A stretch of DNA of 64,000 nucleotides from Vicinamibacteraceae bacterium (lineage in GTDB: Bacteria > Acidobacteriota > Thermoanaerobaculia > Multivoradales > Multivoraceae). Of this stretch, positions 43,351 through 52,160 are shown one piece after another. The notes below the pieces were generated by a model that was given only the letters and a program-made list of their open reading frames with translations, made no database searches and had not been told where the DNA came from. A program made the position numbers and the translations under genes. The stretch covers positions 8,841 to 72,840 of the forward strand of contig JAAXHG010000122.1 of the NCBI GenBank assembly GCA_012270995.1. The letters run 5' to 3'. Each line of letters begins with the position of its first letter. Within the stretch, counting starts at the first letter, position 1.

Positions 43351-44555
43351 AGCTCCTCCACCCGGCCGTTTCGCACCGGGTAGTACACGTCGTAGAGGTT
43401 GACCGTCGGATCGCAGTGCGGCGTGACGCACCAGAGCCGGTCGCCGAGCTGGGGCGGCCGGGTCGCTTCGGCGATCCGGAGGATGCCGTGCTCGTCGCCG
43501 CCCCAGCCGTAGACGACCCCGGCGAGGTCGACGAGCTGGGGACGGTCCGCGTCCGAGGCGAACGCCTTGTAGCCCCCGTCCGTCGTGATCAGCTCCGGCA
43601 CCGGCTGGCTGATCGCCGTGACCTGGACGAAGAGCGAGGTCTCGAAGTCGTCGAAGATGTCGCCGTCGCGGCTGCCGATCCGCCGGTACTGCTCGTCCAT
43701 GAACAGGTAGGAACCAACCTGGAGGTCGGTCATGCCGTCGACCTGTGAGTCGATGTCCCAGGTGCCGGTGCCGCCGCCGGTCAGGATGCTGATCTCGATG
43801 CCGTCGTCCTCGATCAGCCGCTTCGTCTCGACCGCGGCCTCGAGCGCCGCGAGCGAACGCTCCTGCCGCTCGGCGTGGCCGTGGACGTGCATCAGGTGGC
43901 CGGCGTAGGCCTGGAGGCCCCGGAGGTCGAGGTTGGACAGGCCGCCGACTGTGCGTGCCAGTTGGAGGGCCGGTTCGCCGGTGGCGATCCCGGTGCGCCG
44001 GGTGCCGACATCGAGGTCGACGAGCACCCGCTGGGTGACGCCGGCGGCCGCGGTTGCCTCGTTCAGCCGTTCCGCCGCCGCGCGGTTGTCGACCACCAGC
44101 GCGACTTCCGAGCTCTTCTTCGACAGGGCGACGACCCGCCCGATCTTGTCCAGGGTCACGACGGGTGACGTGATGAGCACTTCCTCGATTCCGGCCTCGA
44201 CCATGACCTCCGCCTCGCTGACCTTGGCGCAGCAGACGCCGACCGCACCCATCTCGATCTGGCGTTTGGCCAGCAGTGGGCACTTGTGGGTCTTCGTGTG
44301 CGGGCGAAGCCCGATGCCCTGCTCTTCGGCGTGGGCCGCCATCTTCGCCAGATTCAGTTCCATCGTGGCGACGTCGATGAGCAACGCCGGGGTCGGGATG
44401 TCCTCGACCGCGAGGGGTCTGTCGAGCGGAATCGCTTCGTGGTTCAAGGCGGGCTCCGCGGGGCCTCCCGCGAGGCCTGAACTGCAGGCGACAGTCGCGC
44501 CGCCGGCCGCTCCGACCGTCCCCAGGAACGCGCGTCGCGTGGTGTGATGCGCCAT
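43317..44555 (-). CDS. DSD1/D-threonine-aldolase-like PLP enzyme (alanine racemase N-terminal fold) with a Tat-type signal
   Basis: 412 aa. The N-terminus is 'MAHHTTRRAFLGTVGAAGGATVACSS'. The PLP lysine region is 'LRPHTKTHKCPLLAKRQ'. 'GVCCAKVSEAE' is also present. Confidence 0.7.
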   Translation of the reverse strand: MAHHTTRRAFLGTVGAAGGATVACSSGLAGGPAEPALNHEAIPLDRPLAVEDIPTPALLIDVATMELNLAKMAAHAEEQGIGLRPHTKTHKCPLLAKRQIEMGAVGVCCAKVSEAEVMVEAGIEEVLITSPVVTLDKIGRVVALSKKSSEVALVVDNRAAAERLNEATAAAGVTQRVLVDLDVGTRRTGIATGEPALQLARTVGGLSNLDLRGLQAYAGHLMHVHGHAERQERSLAALEAAVETKRLIEDDGIEISILTGGGTGTWDIDSQVDGMTDLQVGSYLFMDEQYRRIGSRDGDIFDDFETSLFVQVTAISQPVPELITTDGGYKAFASDADRPQLVDLAGVVYGWGGDEHGILRIAEATRPPQLGDRLWCVTPHCDPTVNLYDVYYPVRNGRVEELWPISARGKSQ

Positions 44556-44572
44556 TCGAAGTTGCGACTATA

Positions 44573-44708
44573 GCCGCCAAACTCGTCGCAGGTTCCGTGT
44601 TTGGCCCCAGCGCCCACCTCCCCAGCAGCGCGCGCCTGGGTTCCCGGTTGGCGCGTTCCGCGCCAACCGCGACCCGATCCCTGCGCCCGTCATCGGGTGC
44701 AGGGATGG
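44573..44708. repeat. Composite intergenic repeat: family A core + hairpin + family B hairpin
   Basis: A 45-nt core, GCCGCCAAACTCGTCGCAGGTTCCGTGTTTGGCCCCAGCGCCCAC (44573-44617), differs at about 6 of 45 positions from the cores at 54338 and 60846. It is followed by GGTTGGCGCG-ttc-CGCGCCAACC (44646-44668) and TCCCTGCGCCC-GTCATC-GGGTGCAGGGA (44678-44705). Confidence 0.8.
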
Positions 44709-44805
44709 CACTCGCTCCGCTGCGTTCAACGGCGCTAGCGCTCCTGGTTGCCCGGTAGTCTGGTTCGGCCCATGAAGACCGCCGCCGGTTCCCTGTGGTG
44801 TCAAT

Positions 44806-44853
44806 GGCAACCGAAAATGTCCCACTTCTGGCAACTGAAAATGTCCCACTTGG
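44806..44853. repeat. Tandem 24-bp direct repeat (2 copies)
   Basis: GGCAACCGAAAATGTCCCACTTCT / GGCAACTGAAAATGTCCCACTTGG, with 21 of 24 positions identical. It is locally AT-richer than the surroundings and non-coding. Confidence 0.9.
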
Positions 44854-44903
44854 TCGGGGTCGGTGTAGGCCGTGTTGGAGGCCCCGAAGTAGGGGGGTAG
44901 GTC

Positions 44904-44950
44904 TCCGGTGTCGGCCGGAGGGAGCGGAGTGACCGGAGGCCGACACCGGA
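44904..44950. other. Strong stem-loop (13-bp perfect stem, 21-nt loop)
   Basis: TCCGGTGTCGGCC (44904-44916) pairs with GGCCGACACCGGA (44938-44950). The function is unknown. Confidence 0.85.
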
Positions 44951-45095
44951 CGCGGGACGAGACCGGGAGGCGCTGGCGGCCCTGCAACTCCTGCCGGTGG
45001 ATGTCCGTCTGGCGGAGGTGTCGCAGTTCGCGGATCGACGGAAGTTCAAGCGGTGGCTGGGACTGGTGCCGCGGGAGGAGAGGCTGCGCTTCGGG
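44940..45095 (+). mobile_element. Possible remnant of an IS110-family transposase C-terminal (Transposase_20-like) region
   Basis: The + frame reads '..ALAALQLLPVDVRLAEVSQFADRRKFKRWLGLVPREE..', which resembles the IS110 'L..iPG.G...A..l.AEigd..RF...r.f..y.GLvPr..SG' segment. It is short, gapped and has no intact ORF. Confidence 0.25.
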
Positions 45096-45352
45096 CAGTG
45101 GGTGCGGGCGATGGCGTCCTTGCCGCGCAGGAGATTCTTCTTGCGCCGGGTCGCCTTGACCACCGCGTCGAGCTTCGGTGATCGATCATGTCCCGGTCCC
45201 CAGCCGCATTAGCTCCGGAAGGAAGGCCAGCCATTGCCAGGAACTGCCCAGCGCCAGGCTGCTCAGGCCGGCGAACGTCAGTACGCCGGCGCCCAGCCTC
45301 CCGTGCGCTTCACGCCGGTCCGAGCCGGTAGTGCCCGACCAGTCGGGGCGGC

Positions 45353-47230
45353 TCACTCGCTTGAAGTCAGGACCACTTCGCTCGACCAGGCCCCGCTGCC
45401 GCCAGCGTTCGAGGCTCTGACCCGATAGTGCCGGGTCATTCCCCCTGGAGTCGTGACGTTCCACGAGGTAGTCGACCCGGGCAGACCGCAGGACGGCTCC
45501 GAACCGGCGGAGGTACACCTCCAACTGCTTGCCGATGAGTTCCTTACCTGCAGCTGGTAGCCGGCGATCGAGACCGACGAGGTGGGTACGGTCCAGGACA
45601 GGACCTGGTTCGTCTCGTTCACGGCGCCGCTCAACGTCGGTGCTCCCGGAGGCTCCGGCGGTGGCACCGGGGGCGGAGGCGACGGATCCGGTTCCGGCGG
45701 CTCGGGCGGGGGTGGCTCGGGCGTGGGCGGACTGGGAGTCGGAGGTGGATCGGCGGGTCCTGGCACCGGGCCCTGCGCTACGGTCAGTGTGAAACTGCCG
45801 GAACCGCCTTTGTACGGGTACACCGTGACGGTGTGAGTTCCGGCAGCAAGCGTACCCGACCAAGAGTCGTCCTTTGTACCACCCTTGTTCGTGCAGAACG
45901 AAGCGTTCACTCGACAATCGATGTCTTTGTTCATGCCCGTCAAGGACACGGTTACGCTCGTGCTGGCGGACAGGGAAAACTCGTACTCTTGGTCTCCCAC
46001 GACGTCGGTCTCGGTCACCGTGAAGGGCAGCGTGCGCGGCGGCCCCGATATCAGTTTCTCGGAGATCGCGACCGAGAGCGTGTAGTCGCCCGCCGGACCG
46101 CCTCCGTACGGCCAGACCGTGATGGTGTGGTCTCCCGCGGCGAGCGTACCGCTCCACGAGTCGTCCGCGGCGCCGCCGCGGTTCGAGCACGACCACGACG
46201 TAGAGCCGCTTCCATGGGTCCAGGCCGGCGCGACGCCGCCGCGAACGCTGTCGCCAGCCGCCCCACGACAGTCGAAGTCGCGCGTCAGATCGGTCAACGA
46301 AACGGTTACCGCGGACTCGGTGCGAAGCCCGATCACGTAGCTCCTGCTGCTCGCCACGCCCGCGTGAGTCGTCGTCACGCTCCCCGACCCGGGAACGCCC
46401 GAGAACGCAAAGGGGTCGCACTCTCCCGGGTCGATCTTCCCGTTGCCGTTCTTGTCCTCCCACTTCCCGAAACACTCGGGGCCGTAGGTAACGTCCGGGC
46501 AACCCGGAGCTTTCGGGTTCAGCGTGCAGTCAGGCTCGCAACGGAGGTCGTCCGGATTCTTGGTGCAGTCGGGGTTCGGATCGGCGCCGCCGCCGGGGTT
46601 CGTGCCGCCGCCGGGACCACCAGGATCGCCGCCACCGGGAGGGTCACCCCGATCGACTTCCCGCTTGAGCGCCGTACAGTCGTCCGGGTGGGGGTTCTTC
46701 TTGTCCGAAGTTGAGTCCTTCAGGGTCATGCTTGGGTACATCAGGCGATCGCTGCACTGTTGAGTCTGTTCGGTATGGCCGAGCCTCATCGCGTGGCCCA
46801 GTTCATGCGCAAGGATCTCGATCTGCCGCCACTTCTTCTTGCAGCCAGGTTCGTCGAATAGGTAGATCGTCCGGCTGGTGCCCAGCGGCGCGATACCGCA
46901 GACATTGGGGCCGACTTCCACATCAGGAAAGTCCGTATAGCGCCCCTGCTTGACCGTCCAGAGTTCCGCGTTGCTGACGGCGGCGGTGAAGAGCGGCGGC
47001 AATTGATCCTCCGCGCAGCCATTCTCTCCCGTCCACTTGCCGATCGCATCGTTGCGAACGTCGTCACCGACGACCTGATCGCCCGCCGGGCTGATCAGGG
47101 AGATACCATTGGGGGAGAGAGCGCCACCGTAGTCCTCGGACATGGACCCCGGCGTGCAGTCTACCGGGGCTTCCTGAGCCTGAGCCGCCGGAACGGTGAC
47201 GAGCGCGAGAAGGACAACCGTCCTCCTCAT
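45353..47230 (-). CDS. Secreted metzincin-type zinc metalloprotease with two PPC-like domains, a Pro-rich linker and an FN3-like domain
   Basis: The start was moved to ATG 47230, which overlaps the upstream stop (ATGA). The signal reads 'MRRTVVLLALVTVPAAQAQE'. 'HELGHAMRLGH' (HExxHxxxxxH) is followed by a 'LMYPS' Met-turn. Two ~100-aa repeats end in 'DDSWSGTLAAG(D/T)HT(I/V)TV(W/Y)PY(G/K)GG..(Y/F)TL(S/T)VA'. The linker reads 'PPPTPSPPTPEPPPPEPPEPDPSPPPPVPPPEPP', and an FN3-like tail follows. Confidence 0.8.
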   Translation of the reverse strand: MRRTVVLLALVTVPAAQAQEAPVDCTPGSMSEDYGGALSPNGISLISPAGDQVVGDDVRNDAIGKWTGENGCAEDQLPPLFTAAVSNAELWTVKQGRYTDFPDVEVGPNVCGIAPLGTSRTIYLFDEPGCKKKWRQIEILAHELGHAMRLGHTEQTQQCSDRLMYPSMTLKDSTSDKKNPHPDDCTALKREVDRGDPPGGGDPGGPGGGTNPGGGADPNPDCTKNPDDLRCEPDCTLNPKAPGCPDVTYGPECFGKWEDKNGNGKIDPGECDPFAFSGVPGSGSVTTTHAGVASSRSYVIGLRTESAVTVSLTDLTRDFDCRGAAGDSVRGGVAPAWTHGSGSTSWSCSNRGGAADDSWSGTLAAGDHTITVWPYGGGPAGDYTLSVAISEKLISGPPRTLPFTVTETDVVGDQEYEFSLSASTSVTVSLTGMNKDIDCRVNASFCTNKGGTKDDSWSGTLAAGTHTVTVYPYKGGSGSFTLTVAQGPVPGPADPPPTPSPPTPEPPPPEPPEPDPSPPPPVPPPEPPGAPTLSGAVNETNQVLSWTVPTSSVSIAGYQLQVRNSSASSWRCTSAGSEPSCGLPGSTTSWNVTTPGGMTRHYRVRASNAGGSGAWSSEVVLTSSE

Positions 47231-48258
47231 CGCTCGCAGATGTCGGTCGGGGTCCGCACGCCGCCCGCCAACACTTCGGCGAACGGGTGGGTCCCGCCGT
47301 CCGCGCACTGCTGCCGCCATGCCTTCTCGAATCGCGCTTTCACCGCCGCGGGCGCCTTGGGGTCGATGCAGAGCTCGGTCTGGTCTCCGCTCACTTCATC
47401 GACGGCGACGAGTCGACATCCCCGCTCGGTCCGGCGCCTCCACTCGCCACCGAATTTTCCGCGTCTCTTCGAGCCCTCCTTCAACTGGACCAGGTCCGAT
47501 GTCAGCGAAAAGAGGTTGCCGTCAACAGCCTCGCCCACACGGGCCTGCAGATCCACGAGATTGCCGGGCGGCCCGCTGATCCAAGGCAACCAGCCTAGCG
47601 ACTCGCCGTCCTTCTGCACGGTGGCGAACAAGGACGACATTCCGCGTCCCGGACCGACGGGAACCACCCCCTGAACCCAAGGCCCGATCACGACAACGCG
47701 GGCGCCGACGACCGGGTCGTACTCGCCACCATAGCCGCCGCAGAACACACGGTCTTCCGCGACTACCCGTTGTACAGGCAAGAGGACGTAGCCGGGAATG
47801 GGAGACCGGTCGTGAAGCGGAACCGCGTCACTGAGCTCAAGGAGCGACTCTACCAATGCGGCGGCGCCAAAACCGGGAACGATGTCCGTCACGGTCGCAA
47901 CCACGGCCACCTCCGCGAGAAGCAGCCCGCTTCCGAACTCGCCATAGGTGTCCGGACCCAGGAGGCCAACGCCCGCGCCGATGCCCTTGACGGTGCAGAA
48001 CTTCGCCGCCGGAAGATGACCCTCCCGTAGACCATGTTCGGCGGCTGAACCGAACGTCGCCCGGAACTTCTCCGACTGCTCGTTGATCAGCTTCCGGCTG
48101 TAAGAGTGCAGACCATCCTGCACGTCCTCGTCAAGAGCCCTCGCGACCGATGTCCAGCGAAGTTCCGGGATCTCCTCCGGCGGTCCCTGTCCTTCTGCCG
48201 GAGGCGCCCACCAGATTAGAGCCAACAGACTCGCTACCAATGGAAGACGATCTCTCAT
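47227..48258 (-). CDS. Secreted protein of unknown function, translationally coupled to the metzincin
   Basis: The start was moved to ATG 48258 (GAGGAGG about 10 nt upstream). The signal-like N-terminus reads 'MRDRLPLVASLLALIWWAPPAEG'. No family recognised. Confidence 0.55.
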   Translation of the reverse strand: MRDRLPLVASLLALIWWAPPAEGQGPPEEIPELRWTSVARALDEDVQDGLHSYSRKLINEQSEKFRATFGSAAEHGLREGHLPAAKFCTVKGIGAGVGLLGPDTYGEFGSGLLLAEVAVVATVTDIVPGFGAAALVESLLELSDAVPLHDRSPIPGYVLLPVQRVVAEDRVFCGGYGGEYDPVVGARVVVIGPWVQGVVPVGPGRGMSSLFATVQKDGESLGWLPWISGPPGNLVDLQARVGEAVDGNLFSLTSDLVQLKEGSKRRGKFGGEWRRRTERGCRLVAVDEVSGDQTELCIDPKAPAAVKARFEKAWRQQCADGGTHPFAEVLAGGVRTPTDICER

Positions 48259-48726
48259 GCTGCTGTAGCCTCCTCGGTCGACGTCTGACGTCACACACGT
48301 CCTTTCGCTGAGCCGAGGAACTGTAGCAGAACGCGCGAAACGTCCGCTTGGAGTGAGAGTGGCTCAGGCCAACCTCGACTGGACAGGCAAGGTGCGCTCA
48401 GGGTGCCGGTGGTCGCCGCCGTGCTCGGTTCGGTGCCCGGCCTGCCGGCGGTGGAGGCGTGCCTCGCCCACTTCAACGTCATGGTTCGGGGCACGAGCCA
48501 GGTGTTCCCGGGCGGTCCTCCCGTCGTCAAGGCAGCGCAGCTCGGGCCTAGTCCGACGCCGTACATGCCGTAGGCCCGCTGCCCGGCGTGTCTGGGCAGT
48601 GATTCCGGCCTCGATTCCCGGCTTCTCCGCCCTCGCCTGCGACAATCTTCTCGCGCAGCTCGTCGAGCTTCCAAACGCGGTCTGAAGACGCATCCGCCAC
48701 CGCGTCTCCCTAACCCTAACAGCTAG

Positions 48727-48748
48727 GCGCCGGCCAGAAGGCCGGCGC
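48727..48748 (-). terminator. GC-rich hairpin after the last mrp gene (candidate terminator)
   Basis: GCGCCGGCC-agaa-GGCCGGCGC (9-bp perfect stem) lies 24 nt downstream of the stop at 48772. The downstream T-tract is weak (CTAGCTGTTAGGGTTAGGG). Confidence 0.4.
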
Positions 48749-48771
48749 ACCGACCCTCAGGCGTCGCCTGG

Positions 48772-50277
48772 CTAGAAGCTGAGAAGTGTCGCCAGGTCAC
48801 CGGCGACGAAGAAGAGGGCCAGCGAGAGCAGCGCCGTGAGCACCAACGGTACTGTGCAGAGAAACGGCGCTTCGGCGATCGGCTTGCGGTCGCCGCCGGC
48901 GCTGCCGCTGGGGCCGGCAGTGGGCGAGGCCGCGAAGAAGCCGCGAACGACCACCGGCATCAGGTAGAAGACGGCGAGCAGGGAGCTCACCATCAGCACG
49001 CCCAGAAACGCGGCTTGCCAGGCGAATCCGGTCTCGAGCGCGCCGACCATCAGGTACCACTTGGCCCAGGAACCGCCCAAGGGAGGGATGCCGATGATCG
49101 AGAGCGAGGCGACGAAGAAGGCGGCGAAGGTCCAGGGCATCGTCCGGCCCAGGCCATCGAGCTCGCTGACCTTCTTCCGGTGGGTGGCGACCAGGATCGC
49201 GCCGGCACAGAAGAAGAGGGTGATCTTGCCGGCCGCGTGCATCGCGATCTGCATGCCGCCGGCGAGGACGCCGGTGGCGGTCGCCATCGCCGCGCCGAGG
49301 ACGATGTAGGCGAGCTGGCTGATCGTCGAGTAGGCCAGGCGCGCCTTCAGGTTGTCCTGACGGATCGCGACCACCGCCGCCATCAGCATCGTGAAGGAAG
49401 CGATCGTCATCAGCGCGAGCGATGCGTTGCTGCCGGTGAGCAGGTCGAGGCCGAAGACGTAGACGACGACCTTGAGGATCGCGAACACGCCCGCCTTGAC
49501 CACCGCGACCGCGTGCAGGAGCGCGCTGACCGGGGTCGGTGCCACCATCGCGTTCGGCAGCCAGCGATGCAACGGCATGAGTGCCGCCTTGCCGGCGCCG
49601 AAGGCGTAGAGCAACAGCAGGGCCGTGACCATGCCGGAACTCGTGTCCGCGGCCAGGATGCCGCCGGGTTCGAACTCGACCGTGCCGGTCAGCCGCCAGG
49701 TGAAGAGGATGGCGAACAGCAGGAAGGAGATCGATGTGAACAGCAGGATGCCGAGATAGACGCGCCCCGCGCGCCTCGCTTCGTCCGTGCCGTGGTGGGT
49801 GACGAGCGGGAAGGTGAGAAGCGTCAGCGCCTCGTAGAACAGGAACAGGGTGAACAGGTTGCGGGCGAAGGCGATGCCGAGCGCGGCGAAGATGGAGAGA
49901 GCGAAGAAAGTGAAGAACCGGGTCTGGTTCTGCTCGTGGTGGCCGCGCATGTAGCCGACGGCGTAGATCGAGGTCACGATCCACAGGCCGCTCGCCACGA
50001 GGCCGTAGAGCAGTCCCAGGGGCTCGACCTGAAACGCGAGTTCCACCCCCGGCAGCACCTCGAGCAGGACGAGTTCCGGCCGGCCGCCTCGCAGCACTTG
50101 GTCGCCAAGGCGCCAGACGGCGGCGAACGTGCCGGCGCCGATCAGCGGGGTGGCCAGGTCACGCAGGTTCGGATGCCCGAGGCGGCCGAAGACCTGGCAC
50201 GAGACCGCCGCCGCCAGGGGCAGCAGCAGGGCGAGCAGAATCGTCGTCCCGGAGCTCATCGTCGACTCAGATCCCAC
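48772..50277 (-). CDS. mnhD: Mrp/Mnh antiporter subunit D-like proton-conducting membrane subunit (NuoN/M family)
   Basis: 501 aa, polytopic. 'FFALSIFAALGIAFARNLFTLFLFYEALTLLTFPLV' and 'LPNAMVAPTPVSALLHAVAVVKAGVF' are typical of the family. An alternative start at 50259 is possible. Confidence 0.8.
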   Translation of the reverse strand: MGSESTMSSGTTILLALLLPLAAAVSCQVFGRLGHPNLRDLATPLIGAGTFAAVWRLGDQVLRGGRPELVLLEVLPGVELAFQVEPLGLLYGLVASGLWIVTSIYAVGYMRGHHEQNQTRFFTFFALSIFAALGIAFARNLFTLFLFYEALTLLTFPLVTHHGTDEARRAGRVYLGILLFTSISFLLFAILFTWRLTGTVEFEPGGILAADTSSGMVTALLLLYAFGAGKAALMPLHRWLPNAMVAPTPVSALLHAVAVVKAGVFAILKVVVYVFGLDLLTGSNASLALMTIASFTMLMAAVVAIRQDNLKARLAYSTISQLAYIVLGAAMATATGVLAGGMQIAMHAAGKITLFFCAGAILVATHRKKVSELDGLGRTMPWTFAAFFVASLSIIGIPPLGGSWAKWYLMVGALETGFAWQAAFLGVLMVSSLLAVFYLMPVVVRGFFAASPTAGPSGSAGGDRKPIAEAPFLCTVPLVLTALLSLALFFVAGDLATLLSF

Positions 50278-51751
50278 CCGCGAGCAGGAGTTCGGCGGCC
50301 TCCCGGGCGACGCCGTAGGTCCAGTTCGTGGTGAGGCCGAAGAAGACCGCGGCCGCCGCTAGCACCCAGGCCGGCGCCAGCATCCCGAGCGGGGCTTCCC
50401 GCACCTGGTCGATGGGCTGGATCTCGGCCGGCTTGCGGAAGTAGACGGCCTCGACCACCTTGCCGACGTAGACCAGGGCCAGCAGGGAACTCAGCAGGAT
50501 GAGCACAGCCGCCGCGGTCCAGCCGCGTTCCAGCACGCCGGACACCAGGTACCACTTGCTCACGAAGCCGACCGTGCCCGGAACGCCGATCAGGCTCAGG
50601 CCCCCGATGACCAGCGCGGCCGCGGTCAGCGGCATGCGGCGGCCGATGCCGGCGAGAGCGTCGATGTGGACCGAGCCGACCCGGTAGAGCAGGCAGGCGA
50701 CGACGAGGAAGAGCCCGCCCTTCATCACCGCGTGGTTGAACAGGTGAACCAGACCGCCGGCGAGCCCCGTTGCGTTCGCGGTCGAGAGCCCCAGCGTCAT
50801 GTAGCCGACCTGGGCGACACTCGAGTAGGCCAGCAGCCGCCGCAGGTCCGTCTGGAAGATCGCGGCGCCGGAGGCCAGGAACATGGCCAGGATGGACAGC
50901 GGCAGCAGCACGGCCTGGAGCCGCAGTTCCCCAAACACGAAGGGCGCGCCGAAGATCGTGAACAGGACCATCGCCAGCAGGTAGAAGGAGACCTTCGTCG
51001 CCGTCGCGGCCAGGAAGGCGCTGACCTTTGGCGGCGCGAACGAGTAGGCGTTGGGCAGCCAGTGGTGCAGCGGAAAGACCGCCAGCTTGATCGAGATGCC
51101 GACGACCAGAAGCGCCAAGGCGAGCACTGTGCCGCGATCGTCGAGCGACGGCTCGAGCCGGGCCGCGATGTCGCGCAGGTTCAACGTGCCCGTTTCCTGG
51201 TAGAGCAGGCCGACCCCCAGCATGAAAAAGACGCCGCCGATCGTGCCCATCACCAGGTAGTAGAAGGCGGACATGACGGCCCGCCGGTGGCCGCCCAGGC
51301 TGACCAGGATGTAGGACGCCAGCGACGAGATCTCGAGGAAGACGAAGATGTTGAAGGCGTCGCCGGTGATCGCGATGCCCAGCAGGCCGGCGATGCAGAG
51401 GAGGAAGACCGCGTAGTAGAGGTGCCTGCGTTGCTCCGGCACGCGCGGCGGACCGCCCCGCGAGTCGAAGCTCAGGACCACCAGGGCCATCGCGGTGACC
51501 AGAGCGAGCAGGTAGGCGTTGACGGTCGAGACCCGGTACTCGATTCCCAGCGGCGGCTGCCAGCCGCCGAGCTGGTAGGAGACCACGCCGCCACCCCGCA
51601 CCTCGAATAGCAGGGCGACCGCGATCCAGAAGCAGATCGCGACGATGCCGAGGCTGAAGAAACGGCAGAAGCGGGGGTGGCGCACCAGCACGCAGACCGG
51701 CGCCGCGAGCAGCGGCAGGACGACTTCCAGGACGAGGATCTTCTCGATCAA
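50267..51751 (-). CDS. Second MrpD/NuoN-like proton-conducting membrane subunit
   Basis: 494 aa with 'DAFNIFVFLEISSLASYILV', 'WLPNAYSFAPPKVSAFLAATATKVSFY' and 'LLAYSSVAQVGYM'. Confidence 0.8.
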   Translation of the reverse strand: MIEKILVLEVVLPLLAAPVCVLVRHPRFCRFFSLGIVAICFWIAVALLFEVRGGGVVSYQLGGWQPPLGIEYRVSTVNAYLLALVTAMALVVLSFDSRGGPPRVPEQRRHLYYAVFLLCIAGLLGIAITGDAFNIFVFLEISSLASYILVSLGGHRRAVMSAFYYLVMGTIGGVFFMLGVGLLYQETGTLNLRDIAARLEPSLDDRGTVLALALLVVGISIKLAVFPLHHWLPNAYSFAPPKVSAFLAATATKVSFYLLAMVLFTIFGAPFVFGELRLQAVLLPLSILAMFLASGAAIFQTDLRRLLAYSSVAQVGYMTLGLSTANATGLAGGLVHLFNHAVMKGGLFLVVACLLYRVGSVHIDALAGIGRRMPLTAAALVIGGLSLIGVPGTVGFVSKWYLVSGVLERGWTAAAVLILLSSLLALVYVGKVVEAVYFRKPAEIQPIDQVREAPLGMLAPAWVLAAAAVFFGLTTNWTYGVAREAAELLLAGGI

Positions 51752-51761
51752 CGGCGAGTCC

Positions 51762-52160
51762 TCAGCCGTGCTCCATGTCGTAGGCCACCGCCTCGTCCTC
51801 TTCGGATGTGCCGTACTCGCCGTGGATGCGCACGGCCAGCGCCAGCGCCAGCGCGGTGGTGGCCACGCCGACCACGATCGCGGTCAGCATCAGCACGTGC
51901 GGCAGCGGGTTCGAGTAGACGATCTCGTGTCCTCCATGGCCTCCCGGGTGGGCGGGATCGTGCGGCACGATCGGCGCGGTGCCCCCGGTCACCTTGGCCA
52001 TCGTCACGTAGAAGAGGATTGCCGCCGCCTGGAAGATGTTGAGGCCCATCACTTTCTTGATCAGGTTGTCGCGGGCGATGACGATGTAGAGCCCGACCAT
52101 CATCAGGGCGATGAGCAGCCAGTAGGCCCAGAGCCCGGAGAACGACTGGACCGAACTCAT
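51762..52160 (-). CDS. mnhC: Mrp/Mnh antiporter subunit C (NuoK-like)
   Basis: 132 aa with 3 TM helices: 'LIKKVMGLNIFQAAAILFYV' and 'PLPHVLMLTAIVVGVATTALALAL'. Confidence 0.8.
   Translation of the reverse strand: MSSVQSFSGLWAYWLLIALMMVGLYIVIARDNLIKKVMGLNIFQAAAILFYVTMAKVTGGTAPIVPHDPAHPGGHGGHEIVYSNPLPHVLMLTAIVVGVATTALALALAVRIHGEYGTSEEDEAVAYDMEHG

Noticed and set aside
45186-45352. Hydrophobic tail 'GAGVLTFAGLSSLALGSSWQWLAFLPEL' in a frame downstream of the metzincin stop, considered as a possible C-terminal sorting/TM segment reached by frameshift.
   Set aside because: It is in a different frame from the protease, which ends in a complete FN3-like domain. There is no PEP-CTERM or LPXTG-type motif and no evidence for recoding.
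45640-45760. GC-rich quasi-repetitive stretch (GGCGG/GGTGG units).
   Set aside because: It is the coding sequence of the poly-proline linker ('PPPTPSPPTPEPPPPEPPEPDPSPPPPVPPPEPP') of the metzincin on the minus strand, so it is ordinary low-complexity coding sequence.
48280-48293. Palindromes GACGTC and TGACGTCA (CRE-like) just upstream of the secreted-protein gene.
   Set aside because: A 6-8-bp palindrome can occur by chance, and there is no second half-site or repeat. It is not enough to call an operator.
48380-48700. Possible decayed parD/parE-like toxin-antitoxin remnant in the 477-nt gene-free gap (minus strand: 'RVWKLDELREKIVAGEGGEAG..', and in another frame 'HLARAPNHDVEVGEARLHRRQ').
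   Set aside because: The resemblance rests on a few residues spread over several frames. There is no intact ORF of at least 60 aa with TA-like features. I cannot support it without a profile search (HHpred or TADB on all six frames of 48295-48771).
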